From positions 3,258 through 67,257 of the forward strand of contig NIVC01002957.1 of assembly GCA_002269645.1 (NCBI GenBank): a DNA stretch of 64,000 nt, read 5' to 3'. A model generated the notes under the pieces. The model ran no database searches, had not been told where the DNA came from, and saw nothing but the letters and a program-made list of their open reading frames with translations. Shown one piece after another: positions 1 to 8,635 of this stretch; positions within the stretch are counted from its first letter, which is position 1; each line of letters opens with the position of its first letter. A program made the position numbers and the translations under genes. Source of the stretch: Macrostomum lignano (taxonomy: Eukaryota).

Positions 1-211
1 TTTTTAATTTGTTTTTTAATCCATGTTTAAGAAATTCATAATATTTTATTCTAGGTTTATTAGTATAAATTATTAAATTATTATAGTCTAACATTCCATC
101 TGTTGTTAATAAATCGTAAACAAAGTGTGTTTTTCCTTTACCTGATCCTCCGATTACTAAACAAAGAAAAGGATCATTTGGAAATATTTTATTGTGTTTT
201 GCCTTTACCAT
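1..211 (-). CDS. Polinton DNA-packaging ATPase (A32/FtsK-like), N-terminal part, runs off window edge
   Basis: Not in the ORF track. Manual translation from ATG at 211: MVKAKHNKIFPNDPFLCLVIGGSGKGKTHFVYDLLTTDGMLDYNNLIIYTNKP..., with Walker A GGSGKGKT at 151-128 and an LDYNNL motif typical of Polinton ATPases. Confidence 0.88.
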   Translation of the reverse strand, partial: MVKAKHNKIFPNDPFLCLVIGGSGKGKTHFVYDLLTTDGMLDYNNLIIYTNKPRIKYYEFLKHGLKNKLK

Positions 212-295
212 TTTTAAAGAAATAATTTAAATAGGCGCGACGGTCGGAGACCTGCACTCATTTTACAATGGCGCGACGTGCTTTGCACTGCGACA

Positions 296-1768
296 CTAAA
301 GTGGCGCGTCCCGAACAATCGTGCCATCAGCTTTAGCAATTGACATATATTCCTCTAGAAACAATACGTGGGCGTCAAGTGCCTGATTACCGGTTTTATT
401 AATCTCTAACATATAATTAAGTCCAATATTGGCTACGTTTTCTTTCTGTGCCGTTAGATCATAAACAACCACTGGATGAATGTTTAGAAACTCTGTGGGT
501 GTGTACTGAGGGACGGCATACGCTTCATTTTTGGCATAATCTTGATAATATTTTATAAAATCATTAACATTATTATTTGCTATATTTAAATTTAGGGGGT
601 CTTTAACCGGATAATATTGATCATCAACCTGCAGGCGGATATTCTGAACATTAAACTCGTTAATTGCAGCAACTGCGTTGTCTGTTGCGGTAGCTGCTTG
701 TGCTGCTATGTCACCCGATTGAAGCCAATATAAATCCCCATTTGCTCTTTTACTCCTTCTGTTTGTTATTTTAAACCAAACAAAAATATATCTCACCCGA
801 CGTTTTGATGTCAGTATTTGCCACTGGAATGAATCCTGATTGTTATTAATGGTTCGCATAAAGTGTCTACGATTCAAATAAAATATTTCCTGATCATGCG
901 TTAACTGATTATCGATGTGTTTTAAAAGTGGGGCTGTTACCTCAATAGTTGGTACGACTAATTGAATTGAATCTATACGAACTGCTATATCGGTTGAAAT
1001 TGAGGTTCCATAAAGTATCCTAGGCTGATATCCACCAGATATTTGCAACTGTATCCCAAATTTTAATCCTTTCCATACCCGATTTGGTGAGAAGAACCCA
1101 AATAGCGGGAAGATTGAAAAGTCCTGCTCATATGCGGTTGCTGTGGTTAAAACCGCTACTGGGAATTTAGTCTGTCTATCTATAAAACCAGTATTAATAT
1201 CTTTTGTATTAGTCATAGTGGTTACAACTGGAACTATGTTTGTATTAAGGTAAACAATTAGCGCTGCAGTATCTGCACCGGCTGCGTTTTGTACATTAGG
1301 GAAAACTACTGCTTGACCGTTACCTTTATCCGGCATCCACCCAACATTATCACCAACTTGTTTTGATAAATAAGTATAATTTAAATGTTTCAAAACTCCA
1401 TTAATCTCTGCGGGGTTTGATGATGTCTCAACCTCAGCACCATTAACAGTTAGTTGAGCTTGGGAAAAACATTTATAAAACCAATCATTTTCTATTATTA
1501 TTCCGGATCGATCTGCGATATCTCCGGCTGCAAGAGCAGTTCCATCATTTCTAGTATACAACCATCTAACACGGAAAAATGCATTTTTCATATCCAATAT
1601 AGTGTTGGTTGCGCCGATGTCAAAAGTTACCGTTCCAGTAGTAAAGTTATTTGAATTATCACTTGTTGGTAGGGTATAATTTAAATCTCTTGCTCTGACC
1701 TCATTAATATACTGTCGGTGCTTTTTGAAATGAAATTTATCACTCCACATAGTTTTTGTTTCAGCCAT
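296..1768 (-). CDS. Polinton major capsid protein (double jelly-roll), 490 aa
   Basis: Intact ORF of typical MCP size with beta-rich pattern (TFDI...LDMKNAFFRV...FSQAQLTVNGAEVE...NVGWMPD), adjacent to the packaging ATPase. Assignment is by remembered motif similarity. Confidence 0.8.
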   Translation of the reverse strand: MAETKTMWSDKFHFKKHRQYINEVRARDLNYTLPTSDNSNNFTTGTVTFDIGATNTILDMKNAFFRVRWLYTRNDGTALAAGDIADRSGIIIENDWFYKCFSQAQLTVNGAEVETSSNPAEINGVLKHLNYTYLSKQVGDNVGWMPDKGNGQAVVFPNVQNAAGADTAALIVYLNTNIVPVVTTMTNTKDINTGFIDRQTKFPVAVLTTATAYEQDFSIFPLFGFFSPNRVWKGLKFGIQLQISGGYQPRILYGTSISTDIAVRIDSIQLVVPTIEVTAPLLKHIDNQLTHDQEIFYLNRRHFMRTINNNQDSFQWQILTSKRRVRYIFVWFKITNRRSKRANGDLYWLQSGDIAAQAATATDNAVAAINEFNVQNIRLQVDDQYYPVKDPLNLNIANNNVNDFIKYYQDYAKNEAYAVPQYTPTEFLNIHPVVVYDLTAQKENVANIGLNYMLEINKTGNQALDAHVLFLEEYMSIAKADGTIVRDAPL

Positions 1769-1802
1769 TTTTTTAAGTTAAAAAAGTTTTTTATGTTAAA
1801 AA

Positions 1803-2474
1803 ATGAGTCAATTTATGGACGTTGATGGAGAGTTAGCGATTTATAAAGAGAAGCAAAGATATTCTGATTTTGTTAGAAATTTACAAAAAAGAAAGTTAGG
1901 AATACAATTAGCTGGCGAAAGATTTGCTGCTCCTTTTGTTAATCCTATTACTGGGAAAATTAGTGAACTAGAAAAAACAGATAAAGATCTTCTGGAAAAA
2001 ATTGCTAAAAATACTGAGCCAAAAGAGGATGAAATTTTGGATGAGCCGCCTGCTTATGATGTTGATCAAGCTCAATTGAGAATTGCAGAGATTAGACGTG
2101 CAGAGCGGGGCGATCGGGAACAATATCCAAGAGTACCAGCTAGTATTGCTGCGACAGATTTAGGTAATAATAATTATCGAATTGGTGGAGTTGATAAAAA
2201 TCGAAATGAACTATATAGAGAATTGGGTGGAGCATATAATATTGTTATGAACCCTAGGGTAAAGTTTAACCCTGATTTATATACTAGGGATGAATTAATA
2301 AGTGCTAGAATTTTTTATGATGAGTTAGGAGGAGCTGTTAAAAATACCAGCTTGTATAAAAGGATTGTTAATTCTATAAATAACAAACCGCCTGTTGGTG
2401 ATGGATTTAAAACACCACGAAAACTTGTTTTAGCTGCTGCGAAAGCTGCTGGACATACAGGAATCGCCCCGTAG
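1803..2474 (+). CDS. Polinton hypothetical protein, 223 aa (possible virion core protein)
   Basis: Intact ORF divergent from MCP. C-terminal GDG...RKLVLAAAKAAGHTG resembles the RLxLLxA...AG(N/H) motif of conserved Polinton proteins (weak, from memory). Confidence 0.6.
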   Translation: MSQFMDVDGELAIYKEKQRYSDFVRNLQKRKLGIQLAGERFAAPFVNPITGKISELEKTDKDLLEKIAKNTEPKEDEILDEPPAYDVDQAQLRIAEIRRAERGDREQYPRVPASIAATDLGNNNYRIGGVDKNRNELYRELGGAYNIVMNPRVKFNPDLYTRDELISARIFYDELGGAVKNTSLYKRIVNSINNKPPVGDGFKTPRKLVLAAAKAAGHTGIAP

Positions 2475-2526
2475 GGTCGCGAACCAAAGGTTCGATTAAT
2501 TAATTGTTAAATTTATTTTTTATAAA

Positions 2527-3096
2527 ATGGATGAAACAAAAATTTGTACTACGTGTAAAATTGAGAAACCGATGACTAAAGAATTTTTTTGTTGGAGAAA
2601 TGACACAAAAAAATTTAAAAATCTTTGTCGATCTTGTGAGAAAGTTAAATGTACTATGTGGAGAATAAACAATAAAGATAAATGTAATAAATATGCAAAA
2701 AATAAATATCGCACTGATGAAAATTTCAAAAATATTAGTCTAATTAGAGCTAAAATAACTTGGGCATTGAGAACTTTTCATGACAAACATTATATCTCCT
2801 ATCTTGGTTGCACAAAAGAATTCTTTTTTGATTGGTTAAATTTCACAAGAAATTATTATGTTCCAAAAAAATATACTGGAAAGTTAGATATTGATCATTT
2901 CATTCCCGCTTCTTCATTTAATTACAAAGACGATGATCAGATTAAAAAGTCTGAAAATTGGAGAAATAAAAGATACTTAACTAGCGTAGATAATAACTAT
3001 AAAAAAGTTAAACAACCAACAATTGAAGAATTTGCGAAACAATTGGTGCTATCATGTATTTTTAAGGCTATTAAAAATGAACCAAATAGTGTTTGA
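2527..3096 (+). CDS. Free-standing HNH endonuclease with N-terminal CxxC...CxxC zinc module, 189 aa
   Basis: CTTC...CRSC N-terminus, then YLGCTKEFFFDWL...IDHFIPASSF...NWRN...DNNYKK, the DH-N-N pattern of giant-virus/phage-type HNH endonucleases. The stop overlaps the first 20 nt of the next gene. Confidence 0.8.
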   Translation: MDETKICTTCKIEKPMTKEFFCWRNDTKKFKNLCRSCEKVKCTMWRINNKDKCNKYAKNKYRTDENFKNISLIRAKITWALRTFHDKHYISYLGCTKEFFFDWLNFTRNYYVPKKYTGKLDIDHFIPASSFNYKDDDQIKKSENWRNKRYLTSVDNNYKKVKQPTIEEFAKQLVLSCIFKAIKNEPNSV

Positions 3097-4654
3097 AGGA
3101 GGATTTTTAGACTTACAAAAAGGATTAACGAGCTTACCACCAATCTTTACTACTGGTAAATATACAGGGGAACTACACCTACCATCAATGAACTTCACAG
3201 GTTAACCCGTGGCCTGAGTGAGGAAGGCAATGTCCTTGCTAGTCACTATTTGTGGCGACATCTCCAAATTGCGTGAAACCCGTCATACAGCTTCAAGTAC
3301 CACTTCAAGTGAGAAATCTTTTGAAGGAACAGAGGTAACTCCTCTTCCCAAAGGTAAAAAGCTTGAAGACACGGTGGCAATGCGCAGCCAAGCTCCTAAG
3401 TATTTTAAATATAAGGAGAAGGTTCAGAGAGCAGACGGAGATGGGCGGTAATTATCGCCGCTTAAGGTGTGCTCCAGCCTCATTCGAAAGATTGAGGGTA
3501 AACAGCCGGGGACTAGACTGGATTTAAGATTAAATCCTGACAATACTCCAAAATCTGATTCAATTCCAATAAATGGGATTGATTGGTTAGCATACTATCA
3601 CGACTTAGCATATAGAGATGCTGACAAGAACCCGCCCGAGGAAGCATTAAGATTAAAACATGAAGCCGATCAAAAAATGATTCAAGGATTAGATAACTTG
3701 CAGGGATTATCGGTAGGTCAAAAATTAACTAGGTGGATGGTTAAAAAGATCTTGCAGTCTAAAGTTAAATTTGGTTTGGGAATTAATTATAATCAACATG
3801 GAAATAATTGTGTTGAGTGTTTACTATTAAGTGGCAGTGGGTTAAGTTCTGATGAGGCAAAGATTCTTCATAAAGAATATCGAAAACCTAAATTTTATAG
3901 AAAAATCATGAACTTCAAAAAGAATGAAATTTGGTATTCTGATTTAATGTCGATGCCGAAAGATCTGGGATATAAATATATCTTAACCATATTAGATGGT
4001 TTTACTCGATACGCGTGGGCTGTTCCTTTAAAATCCAAAAAGGGAGAGGAGGTTGCTGCTGCTTTTAGAAGTCTTGGAGAAAAAAGCGAAAGATTGTGTG
4101 TTGATGAAGGAAAAGAATTTTACAATCCTCATATGTATAAATTGTATCATTTTGAAAAAGGAAAAGAAAGGAAAAAAGACGCGAATGGGGAGTATATTAA
4201 TAAAATTTATTCTATTTATGGAGAGAGTAAAAACGCATTAATAGAAAGATTTAATCGAACTTTAGGTAAGAAATTATGGTTTCAGTTTAGTCTTAATGGA
4301 AACCAAAAGTGGGTAAAAATATTACCAGACGTTGTAAAAGATTATAACAATTCATATCATTCGGCGATAAAGATGACTCCTCAACAAGCTTATAACAATC
4401 CTGAAAAAGTTAAAGTTACTTTTGGAAAATTTGAAAAAAATAAAAAGAAATCTTTTAAGGTTGGTGATTCTGTTTATATCTATAAATGGAAAGATAAGTT
4501 TGAAAAAGGAAGAAAAGGATATTGGAAGATAAGTGAGAAATTTACTATCAGTAAAGTTTTAAATACCAATCCTACAACCTATATAATTGCTGATAAGGAC
4601 GGTGAAGAAATATTGGGTTCTTTTTATGAGAACCAGATAATGTCTGCGAACTAA
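3077..4654 (+). CDS. PLA2 (parvovirus VP1u-like)-retroviral integrase fusion, 424 aa after removal of group I intron; exons 3077-3202 and 3506-4654
   Basis: Joined exons read ...ELHLPSMNFTG|PGTRLDLRLNPD...PINGIDWLAYYHDLAY...EADQKM (PLA2 Ca-loop GPG, catalytic HD and D). Then come integrase D-D-E motifs WYSDLM, CVDEGKEF and ALIERFNRTL. No C-terminal chromodomain. Confidence 0.88.
3203..3505 (+). ncRNA. Group I self-splicing intron (IC1-like), 303 nt, no internal endonuclease
   Basis: The 5' exon ends in U3202 and the intron ends in G3505. P1: CAGGU(3198-3202)/IGS GCCUG(3212-3216) with U.G wobble. P3: CAUCUCC(3259-65)/GGAGAUG(3437-43). P4: UGCGU(3270-74)/GCGCA(3382-86). P5a: CUUCAAG(3291-97)/CUUGAAG(3362-68) with A-rich bulge. 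P6a: CUCCU/AGGAG. P7: G-[A]-GAGCA(3427-33)/UGCUCC(3470-75). P8: GGCGGU/AUCGCC. P9 has a GAAA loop (3478-97). Removal restores the frame at a codon boundary. Confidence 0.93.
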
Positions 4655-4664
4655 GTTCAAACAG

Positions 4665-4889
4665 TTACTTAAGACAACATGGTAGTAAATTTTTTATTAC
4701 AAACAAAAACAATATTATTACTATAATTGTTACTAATATTATTATTGACATTTGTTCAACTGTTATCAAACTTAAATTTTCATTAAGTTCATTAATTGGA
4801 ACATTTCCGATGTAGGAATAGTTTACCTTCATTTTTTTATATATATTTTTCACAATAAATGTCGTTTCTGTTATAGAATAATAGTTCAT
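4665..4889 (-). CDS. Small Polinton ORF with single transmembrane helix, 74 aa
   Basis: Hydrophobic stretch MSIIILVTIIVIILFLFVI. Tightly packed between integrase and the next ORF. Confidence 0.5.
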   Translation of the reverse strand: MNYYSITETTFIVKNIYKKMKVNYSYIGNVPINELNENLSLITVEQMSIIILVTIIVIILFLFVIKNLLPCCLK

Positions 4890-4904
4890 TTTTTAAATAT
4901 TTTT

Positions 4905-5219
4905 TCACATAAAAATTTCACTTTCATTCTCTGAATCACTGGTTTCATATGAACTATTTGTTGATTCGGAATCTGTTGATCTAACCTCCCAATCATCCGA
5001 ATTTAAATAATCTCCAAGTTGAAATATTAACTCACCCTCTTGTTCTAAATCATACATCTCATCTAGCTCTAATGGATAAAGTTTTAGGTCGTGCTTGTCG
5101 TCATATTTTAAATAAACTTCATCAATTATTCCATTCAAAATATGTTGTTTTATTATCTCTGCATTTTTAGCAACAGTCTCAAAAGTATCACTAACAGAAA
5201 AGGTGTAAACTCGGTTCAT
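4905..5219 (-). CDS. Small Polinton hypothetical protein with acidic C-terminus, 104 aa
   Basis: Intact ORF in tandem with the 74-aa ORF, with an A-rich initiation context like the other element genes. Confidence 0.5.
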   Translation of the reverse strand: MNRVYTFSVSDTFETVAKNAEIIKQHILNGIIDEVYLKYDDKHDLKLYPLELDEMYDLEQEGELIFQLGDYLNSDDWEVRSTDSESTNSSYETSDSENESEIFM

Positions 5220-5309
5220 TTTTTATAACAGAAAAAGACCCTTCGCGCCTGCGGCGCGTGCGACGGGTTCTAGAAAGTTTGTGTGTGTTGGAGAGAGTTG
5301 GAAGCGTTG

Positions 5310-5554
5310 ACGATACAAAATACCCAGCAAACCAAAGCGAACGACGAGAGCGTGTTCTCACCATTCAAAAAGAATTAATCGTTGTAAGTGTGAAATGGCC
5401 TGTTTGACCGAAATGAAGCGAGGATGAGCGAAGCGAGTTGAGCGAAGTGAAGACGAGCGAAAATGAAGGGAAACAGGCCATTTCACACTGATAAAGGGTT
5501 AAATTGTTTGCAATGGTGAGAATGGTTTGCTGGGTATTTTGTATCGTATATACT
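5310..5554. repeat. Polinton terminal imperfect palindrome / TIR region
   Basis: Perfect inverted arms: 5310-5334/5523-5547 (25 bp), 5355-5365/5512-5522 (11 bp), 5387-5405/5471-5489 (19 bp). Confidence 0.85.
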
Positions 5555-5557
5555 GAA

Positions 5558-6485
5558 ATCTCTGAGGCAGCTCACTTTTAGGGATCTCTGAGGCAGCTCA
5601 CTTTTAGGGATCTCTGGGGCAGCTCACCTTTAGGGATCTCTGGGGCAGCTCACCTTTAGGGATCTCTGAGGCAGCTTACTTTTAGGGATCTCTCGGGCAG
5701 CTCACCTTTAGGGATCTCTGAGGCAGCTTACTTTTAGGGATCTCTGGAGGCAGCTTACTTTTAGGGATCTCTGGGGCAGCTTACTTTTAGGGATCTCTGA
5801 GGCAGCTTACTTTTAGGGATCTCTGGGGCAGCTCACCTTTAGGGATCTCTGGGGCAGCTCACCTTTAGGGATCTCTGGGGCAGCTCATTTTTAGAGATCT
5901 CTGGGCAGCTCACTTTTAGGGATCTCTGAGGCAGCTCACTTTTAGGGATCTCTGGGGCAGCTCACTTTTAGGGATCTCTGGGGCAGCTCACTTTTAGGGA
6001 TCTCTGGGGCAGCTCACTTTTAGGGATCTCTGGGGCAGCTCACCTTTAGGGATCTCTGGGGCAGCTCACCTTTAGGGATCTCTGGGGCAGCTCACTTTTA
6101 GGGATCTCTGGGGCAGCTCACCTTTAGGGATCTCTGGGGCAGCTCACCTTTAGGGATCTCTGAGGCAGCTTACTTTTAGGGATCTCTCGGGCAGCTCACC
6201 TTTAGGGATCTCTGAGGCAGCTTACTTTTAGGGATCTCTGGAGGCAGCTTACTTTTAGGGATCTCTGGGGCAGCTTACTTTTAGGGATCTCTGAGGCAGC
6301 TTACTTTTAGGGATCTCTGAGGCAGCTTACTTTTAGGGATCTCTCGGGCAGCTCACCTTTAGGGATCTCTGAGGCAGCTTACTTTTAGGGATCTCTGGAG
6401 GCAGCTTACTTTTAGGGATCTCTGGGGCAGCTCACCTTTAGGGATCGCTGAGGCAGCTCACTTTTAGGGATCTCTGGAGGCAGCG
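5558..6485. repeat. 26-bp minisatellite (GGGATCTCTGAGGCAGCTCACTTTTA)n
   Basis: Tandem copies visible directly. Inverted counterpart at about 42999-43327. Confidence 0.95.
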
Positions 6486-7030
6486 CGTTTTTTGGGAGTT
6501 CTGAGGCGAGTCCATGGATGGAGCAGAGCTCATTTAAGGAATCTCTGAACTCAGAGGAAGTCAATTTTGCATCTCTAAATGAAATTTGAAACCATGTTGA
6601 GAACGAGGTGCGACTCAAGTTTTAAATCCTCAGTTGAACTTAGCAGACTTAAGACCATGTTTAGACACGAGACGTATAAAAAAAGGCTGGACCAAAGCCA
6701 ATAAATAATTAATATTACGAAGCTTATTAACAGGATGTTAATGCAAGCCTGAGTGCTGTATTAATGGAGCAATATTAATAGAGTTTATTACGAAAATGCA
6801 TCTTTAGGTTAAATGAATAATTTAGCTTTGATCTAAATTTAGACCAAAGACCAACTGGGGTTTTCCAGTTCGAGTGAAATTCATTTGACGCCTAATTAAG
6901 GCTGGGGAGCGAACTTGTGCAGGTTAAGCCGTTCGGGAAGTTATGGGCTTGACGAACCATCGGCAGGAATTCTCTAAAAGAGCTGCTGATTTTGGCGTCC
7001 TTTACGCGCTCCTGCCGTCCCGACTACTTG

Positions 7031-7735
7031 CTTTTGGCGCCTGATGCTTATTTTTGGCGCCTGATGCTTATTTTTTGCGCCTGATGCTTATCTTTGGCAC
7101 CTGATGCTTATTTTTGGCACCTGATGCTTATTTTTGGCGCCTGATTCTTATTTTTGGCGCCTGATGCTTATTTTTGGCGCATGATGCTTATTTTTGGCGC
7201 TTGATGCTTATTTTTGGCGCCTGATGCTTATTTTGGCGGTTGATGCTTATTTTGGGCGCCTGATGCATATTTTGGGCGCCTAATGCTTATTTTTGGCGCT
7301 TGATGCTTTTTTGGCGCCTGATGCTTATTTTTGGCACCTGATGCTTATTTTTGGCGCCTGATTCTTATTTTTGGCGCCTGATGCTTATTTTTGGCGCATG
7401 ATGCTTATTTTTGGCGCTTGATGCTTATTTTTGGCGCCTGATGCTTATTTTGGCGGTTGATGCTTATTTTGGGCGCCTGATGCATATTTTGGGCGCCTAA
7501 TGCTTATTTTTGGCGCTTGATGCTTTTTTTGGCGTTTGATGCTTATTCTTGGCGCCTGATGCTTATTTTTGGCGCCTGATGCTTATTTTTGGCGCCTGAC
7601 GCTTATGTTTGGCACCTGATGCTTATTTTTGGCGGTTGATGCTTATTTTTGGCACCTGATGCTTATTTTTGGCGGTTGATGCTTATTTTTGGCACCTGAT
7701 GCTTATTTTGGCCCCTGATGCTCATTTAGCGAGCC
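7031..7735. repeat. 20-bp minisatellite (TTTTTGGCGCCTGATGCTTA)n
   Basis: Tandem copies. Inverted counterpart at about 41697-42453. Confidence 0.95.
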
Positions 7736-8635
7736 CAAGGAGACCTTTGTTTGGCATATTTTTGTATATATTTTATACTTTAGCCTTCATAATCACAGCA
7801 TTTTATCATTGATCCTGTTTATCAACATTTCTTTCCCATAGCATCTGCCGAGTGCATGAGGAAGCACACAAACAGTTATCAGAGTGACAATTAAGCTGAC
7901 TGAGACAATCAAAAGAGAACCAGCTAACATAGTAGACTATTAACAAATTGCTTTCATTAACAAATTGCTATTCTTTAATCAAAAAGAGCCGCAACAACAT
8001 GAAGAATTACGGTTTGTTGTCAGCCATTCTCAAGCGCCTCCGCAGACAAAGACAGACTGCACTGGTTTATTCACTAGATATTATTAAACGTGTCTGCATC
8101 AACATTAATTGATTGAATTGAGTAATATAATCAGCTAAAAATACACAAAATGCACAGCTATACAGAACTACATAATTTACTGACGCGAAAGCCAAGCAAA
8201 CCGGAAGCTGGTGACTAAGAACAACTTCCGGCAAAGTTTATATTGAAAATTAAAAGCGCAGTTACAGATTGCTCACTAGGCTAGCAAAAGTACATTCAAT
8301 TTATCCGGCTAGTTTTAAAGTGCGCACAAAATAATATCGAATTATTGAAAATAAAACAAATAAAACGATTTAATTCAAGCATTGCATTGTTAGGTATTGA
8401 TAAATAAAACAGGAGTGCAGGTAAACAACGACTGTCAATTTCTCTGTAATTGCATTGCCCCTGTCTACTGAACTGCTGACTAACAAGTACTTTAGCTTTA
8501 TTTAACAAAGAAACGGCATAGCAACTGGATAGCAACCATAAAGCCAGAGCCAATTAGACAAAAGTTAAAACTAAGAACATGTTTTCACTTTAAACAGGAA
8601 AAATAGCTAAAATAAGCACTCAGAGTTGCTAAGGT

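Larger units (their letters stand above)
1..5554. mobile_element. Polinton/Maverick (adintovirus-like) element, right-hand portion; continues beyond window start
   Basis: AT-rich, compact, gene-dense block with A32-like ATPase, capsid-like ORF and rve integrase. It ends in a long imperfect palindrome followed by ...TATATACT (5547-5554), matching the 5'-AG...CT-3' termini of Polintons, then host minisatellite starts abruptly. pPolB, protease and minor capsid are not in the window. Confidence 0.9.

Noticed and set aside
3218-3451. 77-aa ORF inside the intron as a homing endonuclease
   Set aside because: No LAGLIDADG, GIY-YIG, HNH or His-Cys motif. It runs through the ribozyme core.
3201-3505. 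Spliceosomal GT...AG reading of the Polinton intron (CAG|GTTAAC...AAACAG|CC)
   Set aside because: Removing 3201-3505 (305 nt) gives ACA GCC GGG GAC TAG, a frameshift and stop. Only the group I boundaries 3203-3505 restore the GPG motif.
5558-6485. TTTAGGG/TTAGGG within the 26-bp unit as telomeric repeat
   Set aside because: One copy per unit embedded in non-telomeric sequence, not a tandem telomere tract.
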